Translations under genes and position numbers: made by a program
Assembly (NCBI GenBank): GCA_004212155.1
Contig: RXIG01000002.1
Coordinates: 32,001-96,000, forward strand
Direction of reading: 5' to 3'
Length of the DNA stretch: 64,000 nucleotides
Source of the DNA: an archaeon
GTDB lineage: Archaea > Methanobacteriota_B > Thermococci > Methanofastidiosales > NM3
Shown here: positions 8,701 to 19,061 of the stretch, piece after piece
Numbering within the stretch: position 1 is the first letter of the stretch
How the letters are laid out: every line of letters begins with the position of its first letter
Notes under the pieces: generated by a model
Databases searched by the model: none
What the model was told of the DNA's origin: nothing
What the model saw: the letters and a program-made list of their open reading frames with translations, nothing else

Positions 8701-11379
8701 ATGAATGAAGAAGACATTATGCTTTTTGGACCGCCGAAGAAGATCAAGGAGATTTCGTTTGGCGTCTTCTCCCCGGAAAACGTTCGCAAGGTATCAGTTA
8801 CCACCATCATACAGGCCGATACCTACGACGACGAGGGGTACCCCATCAACGGAGGGCTCATGGACCCGAAGCTTGGCGTCATCGATCCCGGCCTGAAATG
8901 TCGGACATGCAACCTCAAGTTCGGCGAGTGCCAGGGCCACTTTGGCCATATCGAGCTATCGCGCCCCGTCATACACGTCGGGTACTCGAAGGAGATCTAC
9001 GACATTCTCAAGGCAACGTGCAAGGAGTGCTCGCGGCTTTTGCTCACTGAGGAACGCATCGAGCATTACGAGGAGAAACTCCGCCAGGAGGGTGTACGCG
9101 GCAGCATACGCCAGTCAATCATATCGGACGTGCTCTCCGAGGCAGCGAAGAAGAAAGGCGTGCTCAAGGACTCGACATGCCCCCATTGCGGCACCGACCA
9201 GCTCAAGGTGAAGTTCGAGAAGCCTACCTCGTACAAGGAAGGTGACAAGAAGCTCACGCCCTCCGACATCAGGGAACGCTTCGAGAAGATCACTGAGCGT
9301 GATGCGCGCCTGATGGGTTGGAATACGGAAGTCTCGCGTCCCGAGTGGGCAATACTTACCGTCCTCCCTGTGGCACCAGTGACGGTCAGACCATCGATCA
9401 CCCTTGAATCAGGAATACGTTCGGAGGACGACCTTACCCACAAACTTGTTGACATTATACGCATCAATCAGCGACTCAGGGAAAATCTTGACGCGGGCGC
9501 GCCGCAGCTTATCGTCGAGGACCTCTGGGAGCTCCTCCAGTACCACGTCACCACATACTTTGACAACGAGGTCTCGGGTGTGCCTCCTGCACGCCATCGC
9601 TCAGGCCGCGTGCTCAAGACCCTCACACAGCGCCTCAAGGGAAAGGAGGGACGATTCAGGAACAACCTTTCGGGAAAGCGCGTCGACTTCTCGGCACGCA
9701 CGGTGATATCCCCCGATCCCAACATCTCGATTAACGAGGTGGGCGTCCCTGATTTCATAGCAATGGAGCTTACTGTGCCCGAGCGCGTAACGTCGCGTAA
9801 CATCGAGCGCATGCGCCAGATCGTGCTCAAGGGCTCGAATGCATACCCTGGCGCCAATTACATCCTCCGCCCCGATGGCAAGCGCAAACGTGTCACTGAC
9901 ATCACGAGCGACATACTGGCCGAGGAGCTTGAGGAGGGCTACACGGTCGAGCGACACCTTCGCGACGGCGACATCGTGCTGTTCAATAGGCAGCCGTCGC
10001 TGCACAGGCTCTCGATCATGGCGCACGAGGTGCGCGTGATGCCATACAAGACGTTCCGTCTCAATCTCTGCGTCTGTCCGCCATACAACGCCGACTTCGA
10101 CGGGGACGAGATGAACATGCACGTTCCCCAGACCGAGGAGGCTCAGGCAGAGGCGCGCATCCTGATGCGCGTGCAGGAGCAGATCATCTCGCCGCGATTC
10201 GGCGAACCGGTCATCGGTGGCAGCCAGGATTATCTTTCTGGCGCCTACATCCTTACCAAACGCGGCACCAGATTCACCCGTTCTCAGATGGATCAGATGA
10301 TGTATGTCTCCGACATAGACGCGGTGCTTCCCGAGCCTGCGGGCGAAGAGGATGGCAAGCCCTACTGGACAGGAAAGCAGGTCTTTTCGCTGCTGCTGCC
10401 AGACGACCTCAACATCTCATACAAGTCCAAGATATGCCAGAAGTGCGACGTTTGCGAGTACCGCGACTGCAAATACGATGCGTACGTCCTCATCGAGGAT
10501 GGGGTGCTCAAGACCGGCGTCGTCGACGGCGCTACGTTCAAGGCACGGTCGAACTGCAAGCTCCTCGACAAGCTTGTCAAGGACTACGGCACCGACGTGG
10601 GACGCAAGTTCCTTGACTCGGTGACCCGCCTCATCCTATGGAGCAACGCGCTCATAGGATTCACCACGGGCATCGACGACGAGGACCTCCCCAAGGAGGC
10701 GCTCAATCTCATCGAGAAGGTGCTTACCGAGGGCAAGGACAAGGTCAAGCGCCTCATCGAATCGTATCGTGAGGGGTATCTCGAGCCACTTCCCGGCCGA
10801 AGCGAGCGCGAGACGCTCGAGTCACGCATCATGCAGGCACTCGCCGAGGCGCGTGACAAGGCAGGCACGATCTCAGAGCGTTACCTTGGCATGAACCGGG
10901 GCGCTGTCGTCATGGCAAAGACCGGTGCGAAGGGTAACATGCTCGACCTCACGCAGATGAGCGCTGCGCTTGGACAGATGTCGGTGCGCGGCAACAGGCT
11001 GCATCGCGGATATGCGAAACGATCGCTTTCATCATTTGACCGCGAGGACCTCAGCGCAGCATCGCGCGGGTTCGTCTCATCATCCTACAAGCAGGGGCTC
11101 AACCCCAAGGAGTTCTTCTTCCATGCCATGGGCGGCAGGGAAGGCCTCGTCGACACTGCGGTGCGTACCGCCCAGAGCGGCTATATGCAGCGCAGGCTCA
11201 TGAACGCGTTGCAGGACCTGAGCGTCCGTTACGACGGCACCGTGCGCACCAACGACGACATCATCGTGCAGTTCATGTACGGCGAGGACGGCATCGACCC
11301 GGCAAAGTCGACGTACGGCAAGGCCGTGGACATCGACTGGATCGTCCACAAAAACATAAAAGCGAAGAAGGGGGCCTGA
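8701..11379 (+). CDS. rpoA1: RNA polymerase subunit A' (Rpo1N)
   Basis: NADFDGD catalytic motif, CQGHFGHI, GREGLVDTAVRT. Confidence 0.98.
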   Translation: MNEEDIMLFGPPKKIKEISFGVFSPENVRKVSVTTIIQADTYDDEGYPINGGLMDPKLGVIDPGLKCRTCNLKFGECQGHFGHIELSRPVIHVGYSKEIYDILKATCKECSRLLLTEERIEHYEEKLRQEGVRGSIRQSIISDVLSEAAKKKGVLKDSTCPHCGTDQLKVKFEKPTSYKEGDKKLTPSDIRERFEKITERDARLMGWNTEVSRPEWAILTVLPVAPVTVRPSITLESGIRSEDDLTHKLVDIIRINQRLRENLDAGAPQLIVEDLWELLQYHVTTYFDNEVSGVPPARHRSGRVLKTLTQRLKGKEGRFRNNLSGKRVDFSARTVISPDPNISINEVGVPDFIAMELTVPERVTSRNIERMRQIVLKGSNAYPGANYILRPDGKRKRVTDITSDILAEELEEGYTVERHLRDGDIVLFNRQPSLHRLSIMAHEVRVMPYKTFRLNLCVCPPYNADFDGDEMNMHVPQTEEAQAEARILMRVQEQIISPRFGEPVIGGSQDYLSGAYILTKRGTRFTRSQMDQMMYVSDIDAVLPEPAGEEDGKPYWTGKQVFSLLLPDDLNISYKSKICQKCDVCEYRDCKYDAYVLIEDGVLKTGVVDGATFKARSNCKLLDKLVKDYGTDVGRKFLDSVTRLILWSNALIGFTTGIDDEDLPKEALNLIEKVLTEGKDKVKRLIESYREGYLEPLPGRSERETLESRIMQALAEARDKAGTISERYLGMNRGAVVMAKTGAKGNMLDLTQMSAALGQMSVRGNRLHRGYAKRSLSSFDREDLSAASRGFVSSSYKQGLNPKEFFFHAMGGREGLVDTAVRTAQSGYMQRRLMNALQDLSVRYDGTVRTNDDIIVQFMYGEDGIDPAKSTYGKAVDIDWIVHKNIKAKKGA

Positions 11380-11383
11380 AGTT

Positions 11384-12568
11384 ATGGTATCTGAAGACTA
11401 CCTCAGGGAACGCATCGATGCCGTGCTCACCGAGAAGGTGTCTCATGTCGTGAAGGCTGAGGCGGAGCAGAAGCTCTTTGCATACAACGAGGAGCACCCG
11501 TTCTCGGAGGATGAGCTCCAGGCGATACTCGATGACATATGCGTCGAGTACCGCAATGCATGGGTCGACCCAGGTGAACCCGTCGGCACGGTGGCCGCAC
11601 AGAGCCTTGGCGAGCCCGGCACACAGATGACGCTCAACACGTTCCACTATGCAGGTGTCGCCGAGATCAACGTGACCCTCGGCCTTCCGCGCATCATCGA
11701 GATCGTCGATGTGCGCAAGGATCCATCGACGCCCGTCATGGAGATCGCTTTGGACAAGGAGCACAGCGCAGCGCGAGACACCGCCATCGAGGTGGCACGA
11801 AGGATTGAGGGCACCACCGTGGAGAACGTTGCCCGACAGACGGCACTTGATGTCATCAACACCGAGTTTCACATCGACCTGGACAGCGAGCGCATGGAGG
11901 ACGCGGGCATTACCCTTGACACGATCATCAAGAAGCTCAAGAAGCTAAAACAGGTCGAAAAGATACGATATGACACTGAAGAGAACACGATCATCATCTC
12001 GCCAGGGAACGTGACCCTCGTTAAACTGCGCCGTTTCTCCCAAAAGGTAAAAGCGTTACCTTTAAAAGGTCTCAAAGGCATTGAACGAGCTATGGTAAAG
12101 AAGGAGGGAGACGAATATTACGTCTATACAGAAGGTTCGAATCTCTCCGAGGTGCTCAAGGTGCCAGGCGTCGACTTCACACGCACGAAGACCAACAACA
12201 TCTACGAGATATTCGAGGTTCTCGGCATCGAGGCCGCACGAAACGCGATCATCGCCGAGATACAAAACGTACTCGACGAGCAGGGTCTTGAGGTCGACAG
12301 ACGACACATCATGGTCCTTGCAGACGCCATGTGCCTTGAGGGCGAGATACAGCAGATAGGCCGACACGGCATCACAGGCGAGAAGGCCAGCGTCCTTGCC
12401 CGCGCATCGTTTGAGGTCACCACAGGTCACCTCCTCGAGGCCGCACGTGAGGGCGAAAGGGATATGCTCAACGGTGTCACCGAGAACGTCATCGTGGGCC
12501 AGCCAATACCGCTTGGCACAGGTATCGTTGACCTTATCATGAAATCGAGTGACACTGAGGAGGAATGA
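11384..12568 (+). CDS. rpoA2: RNA polymerase subunit A'' (Rpo1C)
   Basis: AAQSLGEPGTQMTLNTFH, TLGLPR, ARASFE. Confidence 0.97.
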   Translation: MVSEDYLRERIDAVLTEKVSHVVKAEAEQKLFAYNEEHPFSEDELQAILDDICVEYRNAWVDPGEPVGTVAAQSLGEPGTQMTLNTFHYAGVAEINVTLGLPRIIEIVDVRKDPSTPVMEIALDKEHSAARDTAIEVARRIEGTTVENVARQTALDVINTEFHIDLDSERMEDAGITLDTIIKKLKKLKQVEKIRYDTEENTIIISPGNVTLVKLRRFSQKVKALPLKGLKGIERAMVKKEGDEYYVYTEGSNLSEVLKVPGVDFTRTKTNNIYEIFEVLGIEAARNAIIAEIQNVLDEQGLEVDRRHIMVLADAMCLEGEIQQIGRHGITGEKASVLARASFEVTTGHLLEAAREGERDMLNGVTENVIVGQPIPLGTGIVDLIMKSSDTEEE

Positions 12569-12572
12569 TAAT

Positions 12573-12872
12573 ATGGATATTGCACGTGAGATACGAAAGG
12601 CTATTGAGACGGGGACTGTCATCCTCGGCACCAAGGGGTCGATGAAGGCCCTCAAGAACGGCGAGGCCAAGCTCATCATCTATGCGGCCAACTGTGCACC
12701 GGACACGAAGGACGACATGGCGCATTACGCCGCCCTTTCCAACATCCCCACTTACGAGTACAAGGGGACCGGCGTGGACCTCGGCATGGTGTGTGGGAAA
12801 CCGTTCATCGTTTCGATGCTGGCCGTCAACTCCCCCGGTGAGTCAATGATACTCTCAGCGGAGGGAGCGTGA
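12573..12872 (+). CDS. rpl30e: Ribosomal protein L30e
   Basis: AIETGTVILG...AANC...LGMVCGKPF; canonical position. Confidence 0.95.
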   Translation: MDIAREIRKAIETGTVILGTKGSMKALKNGEAKLIIYAANCAPDTKDDMAHYAALSNIPTYEYKGTGVDLGMVCGKPFIVSMLAVNSPGESMILSAEGA

Positions 12873-13303
12873 TGGGTGTAAAGCTGGGTCCCGAGGAAAT
12901 ACGTTACATTGGACTGTTTGAGAGCATCACCGGCGCGACCGTCAAGGATTGTGTCGTAAGCGACAAGGAGGACACGATCGTATACGTGGTCAAGGAAGGC
13001 GAGATGGGCCTTGCAATAGGCAAAAAAGGCGCTAATCTTGCTCGTGTGCGCGAGATGATCAACAAGTCCATCGACGTGGTGGAGTACTCGGACGACCCAC
13101 GCACATTCATTGAGAACATCCTTAAACCGGCAAAAATAAACAGCATCCACATCAACAAGAAGGATGACGACAAGGACGTGGCCGTCGTTGACGTCAACAA
13201 GCGTGACAGGGGCATTGCCATAGGGAAGTCTGGAAAGACGATCCACCGGGCGAAGCTCCTGCTCAAGCGTCATCACGACATCGACGATGTCACGATAATG
13301 TAA
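12872..13303 (+). CDS. nusA: Archaeal NusA-like KH protein
   Basis: Two KH motifs AIGKKG and AIGKSG; canonical position. Confidence 0.93.
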   Translation: MGVKLGPEEIRYIGLFESITGATVKDCVVSDKEDTIVYVVKEGEMGLAIGKKGANLARVREMINKSIDVVEYSDDPRTFIENILKPAKINSIHINKKDDDKDVAVVDVNKRDRGIAIGKSGKTIHRAKLLLKRHHDIDDVTIM

Positions 13304-13306
13304 ACA

Positions 13307-13314
13307 TTTATAAA
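13307..13314 (+). promoter_or_regulatory. Internal TATA box for rps12-rps7-fusA
   Basis: TTTATAAA immediately after the nusA stop, upstream of a GAGGTGA RBS and rps12. Confidence 0.5.
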
Positions 13315-13358
13315 TCAACGGAGTAAAACACGCATATCTTAGCGAGGTGAGAGAGAGC

Positions 13359-13793
13359 ATGAAAAGTCCAAGAGGAGAGTTCGCTGCTCGCAACTTATAT
13401 AAGAAGCGACAGGTCATGCGGTGGAAGGACATCGATTACAAACGCCGCGCACTCAATCTTAGTGTTAAGTCCGATCCGCTCGAGGGAGCCCCCATGGGGC
13501 GAGGCATCGTGTTGGAGAAGGTGCCTGTCGAAGCAAAGCAGCCCAACTCGGCTATCCGTAAGTGTGTGAGAGTTCAACTTATCAAGAACGGAAGACAGCT
13601 TACTGCCTTCTGTCCAGGCGACGGCGCGATCAACTTCATCGACGAGCACGACGAAGTGGTGATCGAGAGCATCGGCGGACGAAAGGGAGGATCGATGGGT
13701 GACATCCCCGGTGTGAAGTACAAGGTGACGAAGGTCAACAGGGTTTCACTCAACGAAATGGTGCAGGGTAAGAAGGAGAAACCGATCAGGTGA
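13359..13793 (+). CDS. rps12: Ribosomal protein S12 (uS12)
   Basis: [16 protein letters not shown]. Confidence 0.97.
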   Translation: MKSPRGEFAARNLYKKRQVMRWKDIDYKRRALNLSVKSDPLEGAPMGRGIVLEKVPVEAKQPNSAIRKCVRVQLIKNGRQLTAFCPGDGAINFIDEHDEVVIESIGGRKGGSMGDIPGVKYKVTKVNRVSLNEMVQGKKEKPIR

Positions 13794-13797
13794 TATC

Positions 13798-14415
13798 ATG
13801 GCCGAACAATATGAGATGAAGATCTTTGACAAATGGGAATTCGACATCGAGATCGAGGATGAAGGCCTGAAACGATACATCACGCTTACCCCCCAGCTTC
13901 TTCCCCACTCCGGCGGTCGCCACGAGGCTCACCGGTTCTGGAAGATCAAGCAAAACATCATCGAGCGCCTTGTCAACAAGGCCATGCGATCGGGTGCGGT
14001 CAAGCGCAAGGTCAGCGGTCGATTCATCCGACGTCATGGCGGACTCACGGGCAAGAAGCACAAGGCGTACAACACGACAAAGGAAGCGTTCGATATCATC
14101 TATGAGCGTGTCAAGAAGAATCCGGTCGAAGTGCTCGTCACGGCCATAGAGCATTCATCTCCCCGCGAGGAGACCACCACGATCGCCTATGGCGGTGTGA
14201 AGTATCACCAGGCGGTGGACGTTTCACCGCAACGACGTATTGACATCGCACTGCGAAACATTACCCTCGGCGCGAGCGCGCGGGCCTTCAAGTCCAAGAT
14301 TTCCTACGCCACTGCGCTGGCAGAGGAGATCATTGCCGCATACGAGCGCGACATGAAGAGCTTTGCCGTCGGCAAGAAGGAAGAGATCGAGCGAATCGCA
14401 AAGTCAGCTAGGTGA
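13798..14415 (+). CDS. rps7: Ribosomal protein S7 (uS7)
   Basis: [28 protein letters not shown]. Confidence 0.97.
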   Translation: MAEQYEMKIFDKWEFDIEIEDEGLKRYITLTPQLLPHSGGRHEAHRFWKIKQNIIERLVNKAMRSGAVKRKVSGRFIRRHGGLTGKKHKAYNTTKEAFDIIYERVKKNPVEVLVTAIEHSSPREETTTIAYGGVKYHQAVDVSPQRRIDIALRNITLGASARAFKSKISYATALAEEIIAAYERDMKSFAVGKKEEIERIAKSAR

Positions 14416-14420
14416 TACGT

Positions 14421-16625
14421 ATGGGAAGAAAGGAAAAGATGGCAAAAGCAGCCCAAGAGCTAATGCACAAACCAAAGCAGATACGCAACATCGGTATCGC
14501 GGCACACATCGACCATGGCAAGACCACGCTCTCAGACAATCTCCTTTTTGGCGCTGGCCTCATGGCCGAGGAGCTCGCAGGCAAGCAGCTCGCACTCGAC
14601 TTCGACGAGCAGGAGCAGGCACGCGGCATCACCATCGATGCCGCCAACATATCGATGGTCCACGACTTCGAGGGCCACAAGTACCTCATCAACCTTATCG
14701 ACACGCCGGGTCACGTCGACTTCGGCGGCGACGTCACGCGTGCTATGCGCGCAATAGACGGTGCGATCATCGTTGTCTGTGCCGTCGAGGGCAAGATGCC
14801 CCAGACGGAAACAGTTGTGCGCCAGGCACTCAAGGAGCGCGTCAAGCCCGTGCTCTTCATCAACAAGGTGGACCGGCTTATCAAGGAGCTCAAGCTCTCC
14901 CCGCAGGAGATGCAGGCACGCTTCATGAAGACGATCACCGAGATCAACAAGCTCATCAGACAGATGGCACCACCCGAGTTCAAGGAGGAGTGGCAGGTAT
15001 CCGTCAACGACGGGAGCGTCGCGTTCGGTTCCGCCTATGCGAACTGGGCGATCAACGTCCCCTATATGAAGGAGACAGGCATCACGTTCAAGGATATCAT
15101 CGACATGACACTTGACGGCCAGTCCAGGGAGCTTGCACGAAAGGCACCCATCCACCAGATCATCCTTGATATGGTCATCGACCACCTTCCCGACCCCGAA
15201 CAATCGCAGCACTACAGGATTCCGCAGCTCTGGAGACACGACCTCGAGTCCAAGACCGCGCGGGACATGATCGAGTGCAACGAGCGTGGCAATGTTGCCA
15301 TGGTGGTCACGAAGATCAACGTCGACAGGCATGCAGGCGAGATTGCTACGGGACGACTTTTCTCGGGAATGCTCAAGGTCGGACAAGAGGTCTGGCTCTC
15401 AGGCACGAAACAGAAAAAGCGTATCCAGCAGCTTGGCATCTACATGGGCCCCGACAGGGAGAGTATGGACGAGGTGCCGGCTGGCAACATCGTCGCCATC
15501 ACCGGTCTCAAGGACGCCGTAGCAGGGGAGACGATATCGACCGGTCCCGAGCCGATCGAGCCCTTCGAGGCCATCAAGCACTATAGCGAACCGGTGGTCA
15601 CGGTCGCGGTGGAGCCTGAAAACCCCAAGGACCTCCCCAAGCTCATCGAGGTGTTGCGCCAGGTGGCCAAGGAGGATCCGACGCTTCAGGCCAAGATCGA
15701 CGAGGAGACGGGTGAGTACCTGCTCTCGGGTATGGGCGAGCTCCACCTCGAGGTCGTCGAGTACCGTATCCGCAAGGACAAGGGCGTTAACATCAAGACG
15801 TCAGAGCCTATCGTTGTTTACCGCGAATCGGTCAACGGCACGTCACCGCAGGTCGAGGGCAAGTCTCCGAACAAGCACAACAAGTTCTACATCATCGTTG
15901 AACAGATGCCCGAAAACGTCTACCAGGCCATCAAGGAAGGCACGATCCCGGAAGGTCGAATCAAGGGCAAGGAGATGCAGGAGATTTTCAAGGAACTCGG
16001 ATTCAGCAAGGACGAGGCCAAGGGCATCGAGGACGTCTACCAGGGCAACATGTACCTCAACATGACGCGCGGCGTTGTGCACATCGGAGAGGTCCGCGAG
16101 CTTATAATGGAGGCGTTCCACTCCGTGATGGACAAGGGTATCGTCGCCGGTGAGCCCACGACAAAGCTCTTAGTCAAGCTCATGGACACGAAACTTCACG
16201 AGGACGCGATACACCGCGGTCCCTCGCAGGTCATCCCTGCCGTGCGCCAGGCGCTCTTTGCGGCCATCCTCTCGGCACAGCCGGTGCTCGAGGAGCCGCT
16301 GCAAAAACTCTTCGTCACGGCCCCACAAGACTTCATGGGTTCTGTCACGAAGCTGATTCAGTCGCGTCGCGGCCAGATCCTGGACATGACGCAGGAGGGA
16401 GAGCTTACCACCGTCATCGCCAAGACACCTGTAGCGGAGATGTTCGGATTCACAGGGGACATCCGCGGGTCCACGGAGGGCCGCGCGCTCTGGACCACCG
16501 AACAGCTCGGTTATGAGCCACTTCCGCGAGAACTCCAGGAGCCCATCGTCCGCGAGATACGCATGCGCAAAGGCATGAAGCCCGAGCCACCAAAGGCGGC
16601 CGACTATCAGAATCCGCAGGGGTAG
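14421..16625 (+). CDS. fusA: Elongation factor EF-2
   Basis: [25 protein letters not shown]; diphthamide loop DAIHRG intact. Confidence 0.98.
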   Translation: MGRKEKMAKAAQELMHKPKQIRNIGIAAHIDHGKTTLSDNLLFGAGLMAEELAGKQLALDFDEQEQARGITIDAANISMVHDFEGHKYLINLIDTPGHVDFGGDVTRAMRAIDGAIIVVCAVEGKMPQTETVVRQALKERVKPVLFINKVDRLIKELKLSPQEMQARFMKTITEINKLIRQMAPPEFKEEWQVSVNDGSVAFGSAYANWAINVPYMKETGITFKDIIDMTLDGQSRELARKAPIHQIILDMVIDHLPDPEQSQHYRIPQLWRHDLESKTARDMIECNERGNVAMVVTKINVDRHAGEIATGRLFSGMLKVGQEVWLSGTKQKKRIQQLGIYMGPDRESMDEVPAGNIVAITGLKDAVAGETISTGPEPIEPFEAIKHYSEPVVTVAVEPENPKDLPKLIEVLRQVAKEDPTLQAKIDEETGEYLLSGMGELHLEVVEYRIRKDKGVNIKTSEPIVVYRESVNGTSPQVEGKSPNKHNKFYIIVEQMPENVYQAIKEGTIPEGRIKGKEMQEIFKELGFSKDEAKGIEDVYQGNMYLNMTRGVVHIGEVRELIMEAFHSVMDKGIVAGEPTTKLLVKLMDTKLHEDAIHRGPSQVIPAVRQALFAAILSAQPVLEEPLQKLFVTAPQDFMGSVTKLIQSRRGQILDMTQEGELTTVIAKTPVAEMFGFTGDIRGSTEGRALWTTEQLGYEPLPRELQEPIVREIRMRKGMKPEPPKAADYQNPQG

Positions 16626-17422
16626 GTGCAGTGCTCACGATAGTGGCATGCACCACACTTCTCTTTTTTTATCTCTACTTCTTTAGGTTCTTCTCGTTGT
16701 TCTACGATACGTTTCACTTCATCAAGCAGCGCTAGCACGTACTCCTTATGCTCATCATCGATGAGAACTGGTACCTGCCTGTCGATAGCGGTGTACTCGA
16801 TGATGCCAAACGGTACGGGGCGGCCGCGCTGGCGCTCGAGGAGGAGCGCGTAGGCGGCAAGCTGGACCTGCTGTCCCGGCGTGGGCTCGTCATGGTATGC
16901 GCCCGTCTTGTAATCGACAGGCACAGGGCCGCTGCGCCGCTCATCGATCTTGTCGATGCGCCCGCGCAGCCCGAGAGGTCCGTCCTCGATCATCTCCTCG
17001 GCACGCTGATCGGGCAGCACGATGTCGATCGCCGTTCGCACGTCGGTTGCAGCCATGGCACGTTTGATACGTGCTGCACGCACGATGCTTTCCAGCTTGA
17101 GCTCCTGTTTCAAAAACGACATGAGCTCGATGGGGTCGATGCCTGCCTTCTCGAGCCGAGGTCGGAACTTGAGCACGGCGTTCTTTGCACACTGATACCC
17201 GTTTGAATAGATGATCGACTGGATCTCAGAAAAGGGAGTCGATTCTTCGAGTGCATTGGTGAGCACGATGCGCTCCCGCGCTTCCCGATCCTCGCGCACC
17301 TTGTGCAACACAGTCCCGCGCACCATTGCGGGAGTGGGCGGCACCTTTATGCGCCGCACCTTCTTGAGGTAGACGAGGTGGGGGCACCAGACATAGTCGC
17401 AGAGGTCAGTTACCGTTATCAT
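16607..17422 (-). CDS. Solo Cas4-like (Dna2/Cas4, PD-(D/E)xK) nuclease with Fe-S cluster, catalytically intact
   Basis: YVWCP, RGTVLH, LRGRID, VDYKTG, QLAAY, C-terminal [10 protein letters not shown]. Confidence 0.88.
   Translation of the reverse strand: MITVTDLCDYVWCPHLVYLKKVRRIKVPPTPAMVRGTVLHKVREDREARERIVLTNALEESTPFSEIQSIIYSNGYQCAKNAVLKFRPRLEKAGIDPIELMSFLKQELKLESIVRAARIKRAMAATDVRTAIDIVLPDQRAEEMIEDGPLGLRGRIDKIDERRSGPVPVDYKTGAYHDEPTPGQQVQLAAYALLLERQRGRPVPFGIIEYTAIDRQVPVLIDDEHKEYVLALLDEVKRIVEQREEPKEVEIKKEKCGACHYREHCTYPCGF
16661..16685 (+). terminator. Pyrimidine/oligo-T tract, probable terminator of the EF-2 transcript
   Basis: CTCTTTTTTTATCTCTACTTCTTTA about 35 nt after the EF-2 stop, lying inside the antisense Cas4-like CDS. 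Confidence 0.4.
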
Positions 17423-18212
17423 GATACTCACATGTGGAGACGTAGTGGCACGTGTCGCACGACGATGTGTTCGGAGAGAACTGCGAGCACTGTGCGATCA
17501 TCGAGCGGAAGCTCTTGACCTGTTCCTTGGTCCCTTCGTCGATGGGTATGTAAAAGGAGCGGTCACATGCGGTGAGATAGGCCGCCGATAGAGGCACCTC
17601 CTCGCCCAGTTCGAACGAGACCAAAAGCGCGTTCGCCTTGAGCGCCATCGTGAGAAGTTCCTCCTGACGCGATGTAGGGAGCATCCAGGGTATGAACTGT
17701 ATGGGAACCGGTCCATGGGGCATGCGGGCAATGAGTGACACCGTCCCGACAATGCGGTGCCGGTAGTCGACGATGCGGCGCGCGACCATCTCGGGCGGAT
17801 GGGCGACAATGTTTGCAAACTCGTCGCCACATGCGCCGCTGCGCCGGATGCACTCTCGGCAGGCCTGTTCATGAACCATGCGTTCCCGAGAGAGCTCGTG
17901 GGCGACACGGCGTTCGACAGCCTCGTAGTCGATGTGGTCCAGGTGGCGCGAAGCGCGCGATATGGCATGGGCCACGGCTACGTCGGTGAGTGCGTCGTAT
18001 GCCTCCGTCACACTGTCTGGTCCCGTCGCGTGCATTGAAAGCTCATCACGCTCGTGCGCATAGAATGCTTCGCGCGCGCTGGTGGCAATCAGCTGCCATA
18101 TCCGGTCATCGCTCGGGTCGGGGTACGTTCGTTTGATTGTCGAGAGGTAGTATCTGTATGGGCACGCACAAAACTGCAGCACCGCCTCGTTGGATAGATA
18201 CCGCCTTGCCAC
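17406..18212 (-). CDS. Cas4-like paralog, nuclease motifs degenerate, Fe-S cysteines retained
   Basis: FCACPYRYYL and CDTCHYVSTC kept; GTVSLI replaces GRIDKI, PIQFIP replaces PVDYKT. Confidence 0.72.
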   Translation of the reverse strand: MARRYLSNEAVLQFCACPYRYYLSTIKRTYPDPSDDRIWQLIATSAREAFYAHERDELSMHATGPDSVTEAYDALTDVAVAHAISRASRHLDHIDYEAVERRVAHELSRERMVHEQACRECIRRSGACGDEFANIVAHPPEMVARRIVDYRHRIVGTVSLIARMPHGPVPIQFIPWMLPTSRQEELLTMALKANALLVSFELGEEVPLSAAYLTACDRSFYIPIDEGTKEQVKSFRSMIAQCSQFSPNTSSCDTCHYVSTCEYHDNGN

Positions 18213-19022
18213 TCAATCACCGTCTATCTCCAGTGACATGTCCACGGCCGTCACCGAATGCGTGAGCGAGCCCATCGAGACGATGTCGACGCCCGTGTCG
18301 GCGTAGTCTGCTATGGTGTCTTTGGTTATCATGCCCGATGCCTCGAAGAGCGCCTTGTCGTGCCCCTCTTCCCTGAGGGTCGCGATGACCGTGCGGATCT
18401 CGCCAGGGGTCATGTTGTCCAGCATGATGATGTCTGCACCCGCAAGTGCAGCCTCACGCGCCTGGTCAAGCGTCTCTGCCTCGACCTCTATTCGTTTCGA
18501 AAATGAGAATTCTCTTGCCTGTCGCACCGCCTCTGTGATGCCCATTAGCTTGATGTGATTATCCTTGATGAGGAACATGTCGTCGAGGCGCCATCGGTGG
18601 GGGTCGCCCCCTCCCGCTATGATCGCCATCTTGTCGAGCTGCGGAAAGAGCGTCTTTCGCGTGCCAGCGACCTTCACGTGAGGGCCTGCCAGATCGACAC
18701 AGGTGCGCGTTGCGGTGGTAATGCCGCTCATGTGCTGTAGCACGTTGAGCACGGTGCGTTCGGCCGTGAGGATGTCCCTGATGTCGCCTTCAAGCGTGCA
18801 TAGCGTCGTTCCTTCGTTGACAAACGATCCGTCGCTTACACAGAGCTGCGTGCGAACGTTGCATGTCGCAAGCAGGTCGCAAGCGACCCCCAGGCCGGAG
18901 ATGTATGCGTCTTGTTTCACGCGTATGCTTGCACGCACCTCCCTGGGAGCGAGAAGCTCGGTGGTGATGTCGCCATATCCGATGTCGTTGTCCAGAAGCG
19001 TTCGCAGGGCCCCTATATCCAT
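18213..19022 (-). CDS. nadC: Quinolinate phosphoribosyltransferase
   Basis: GDITT, ERTVLN, GTRKT, HR, LIKDNH, EVE, MLDN, SGMI, SMGSLTH. Confidence 0.95.
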   Translation of the reverse strand: MDIGALRTLLDNDIGYGDITTELLAPREVRASIRVKQDAYISGLGVACDLLATCNVRTQLCVSDGSFVNEGTTLCTLEGDIRDILTAERTVLNVLQHMSGITTATRTCVDLAGPHVKVAGTRKTLFPQLDKMAIIAGGGDPHRWRLDDMFLIKDNHIKLMGITEAVRQAREFSFSKRIEVEAETLDQAREAALAGADIIMLDNMTPGEIRTVIATLREEGHDKALFEASGMITKDTIADYADTGVDIVSMGSLTHSVTAVDMSLEIDGD

Positions 19023-19061
19023 GTGTATCAATGGCCCTTGCACGATATAACGATTTCGGTC

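Noticed and set aside
11930-12130. AT-richer patch inside rpoA2 as an intein or insertion
   Set aside because: Protein length is normal and there are no intein splice motifs; it is a variable Lys-rich region.
5536-16121. Long antisense or alternate-frame ORFs (e.g. 6663-7640, 14532-15386, 14363-15115)
   Set aside because: Shadows of GC-rich core genes with no independent motifs.
14421-16625. Diphthamide-less EF-2 paralog
   Set aside because: The HRG motif is intact and the gene is in its canonical position.
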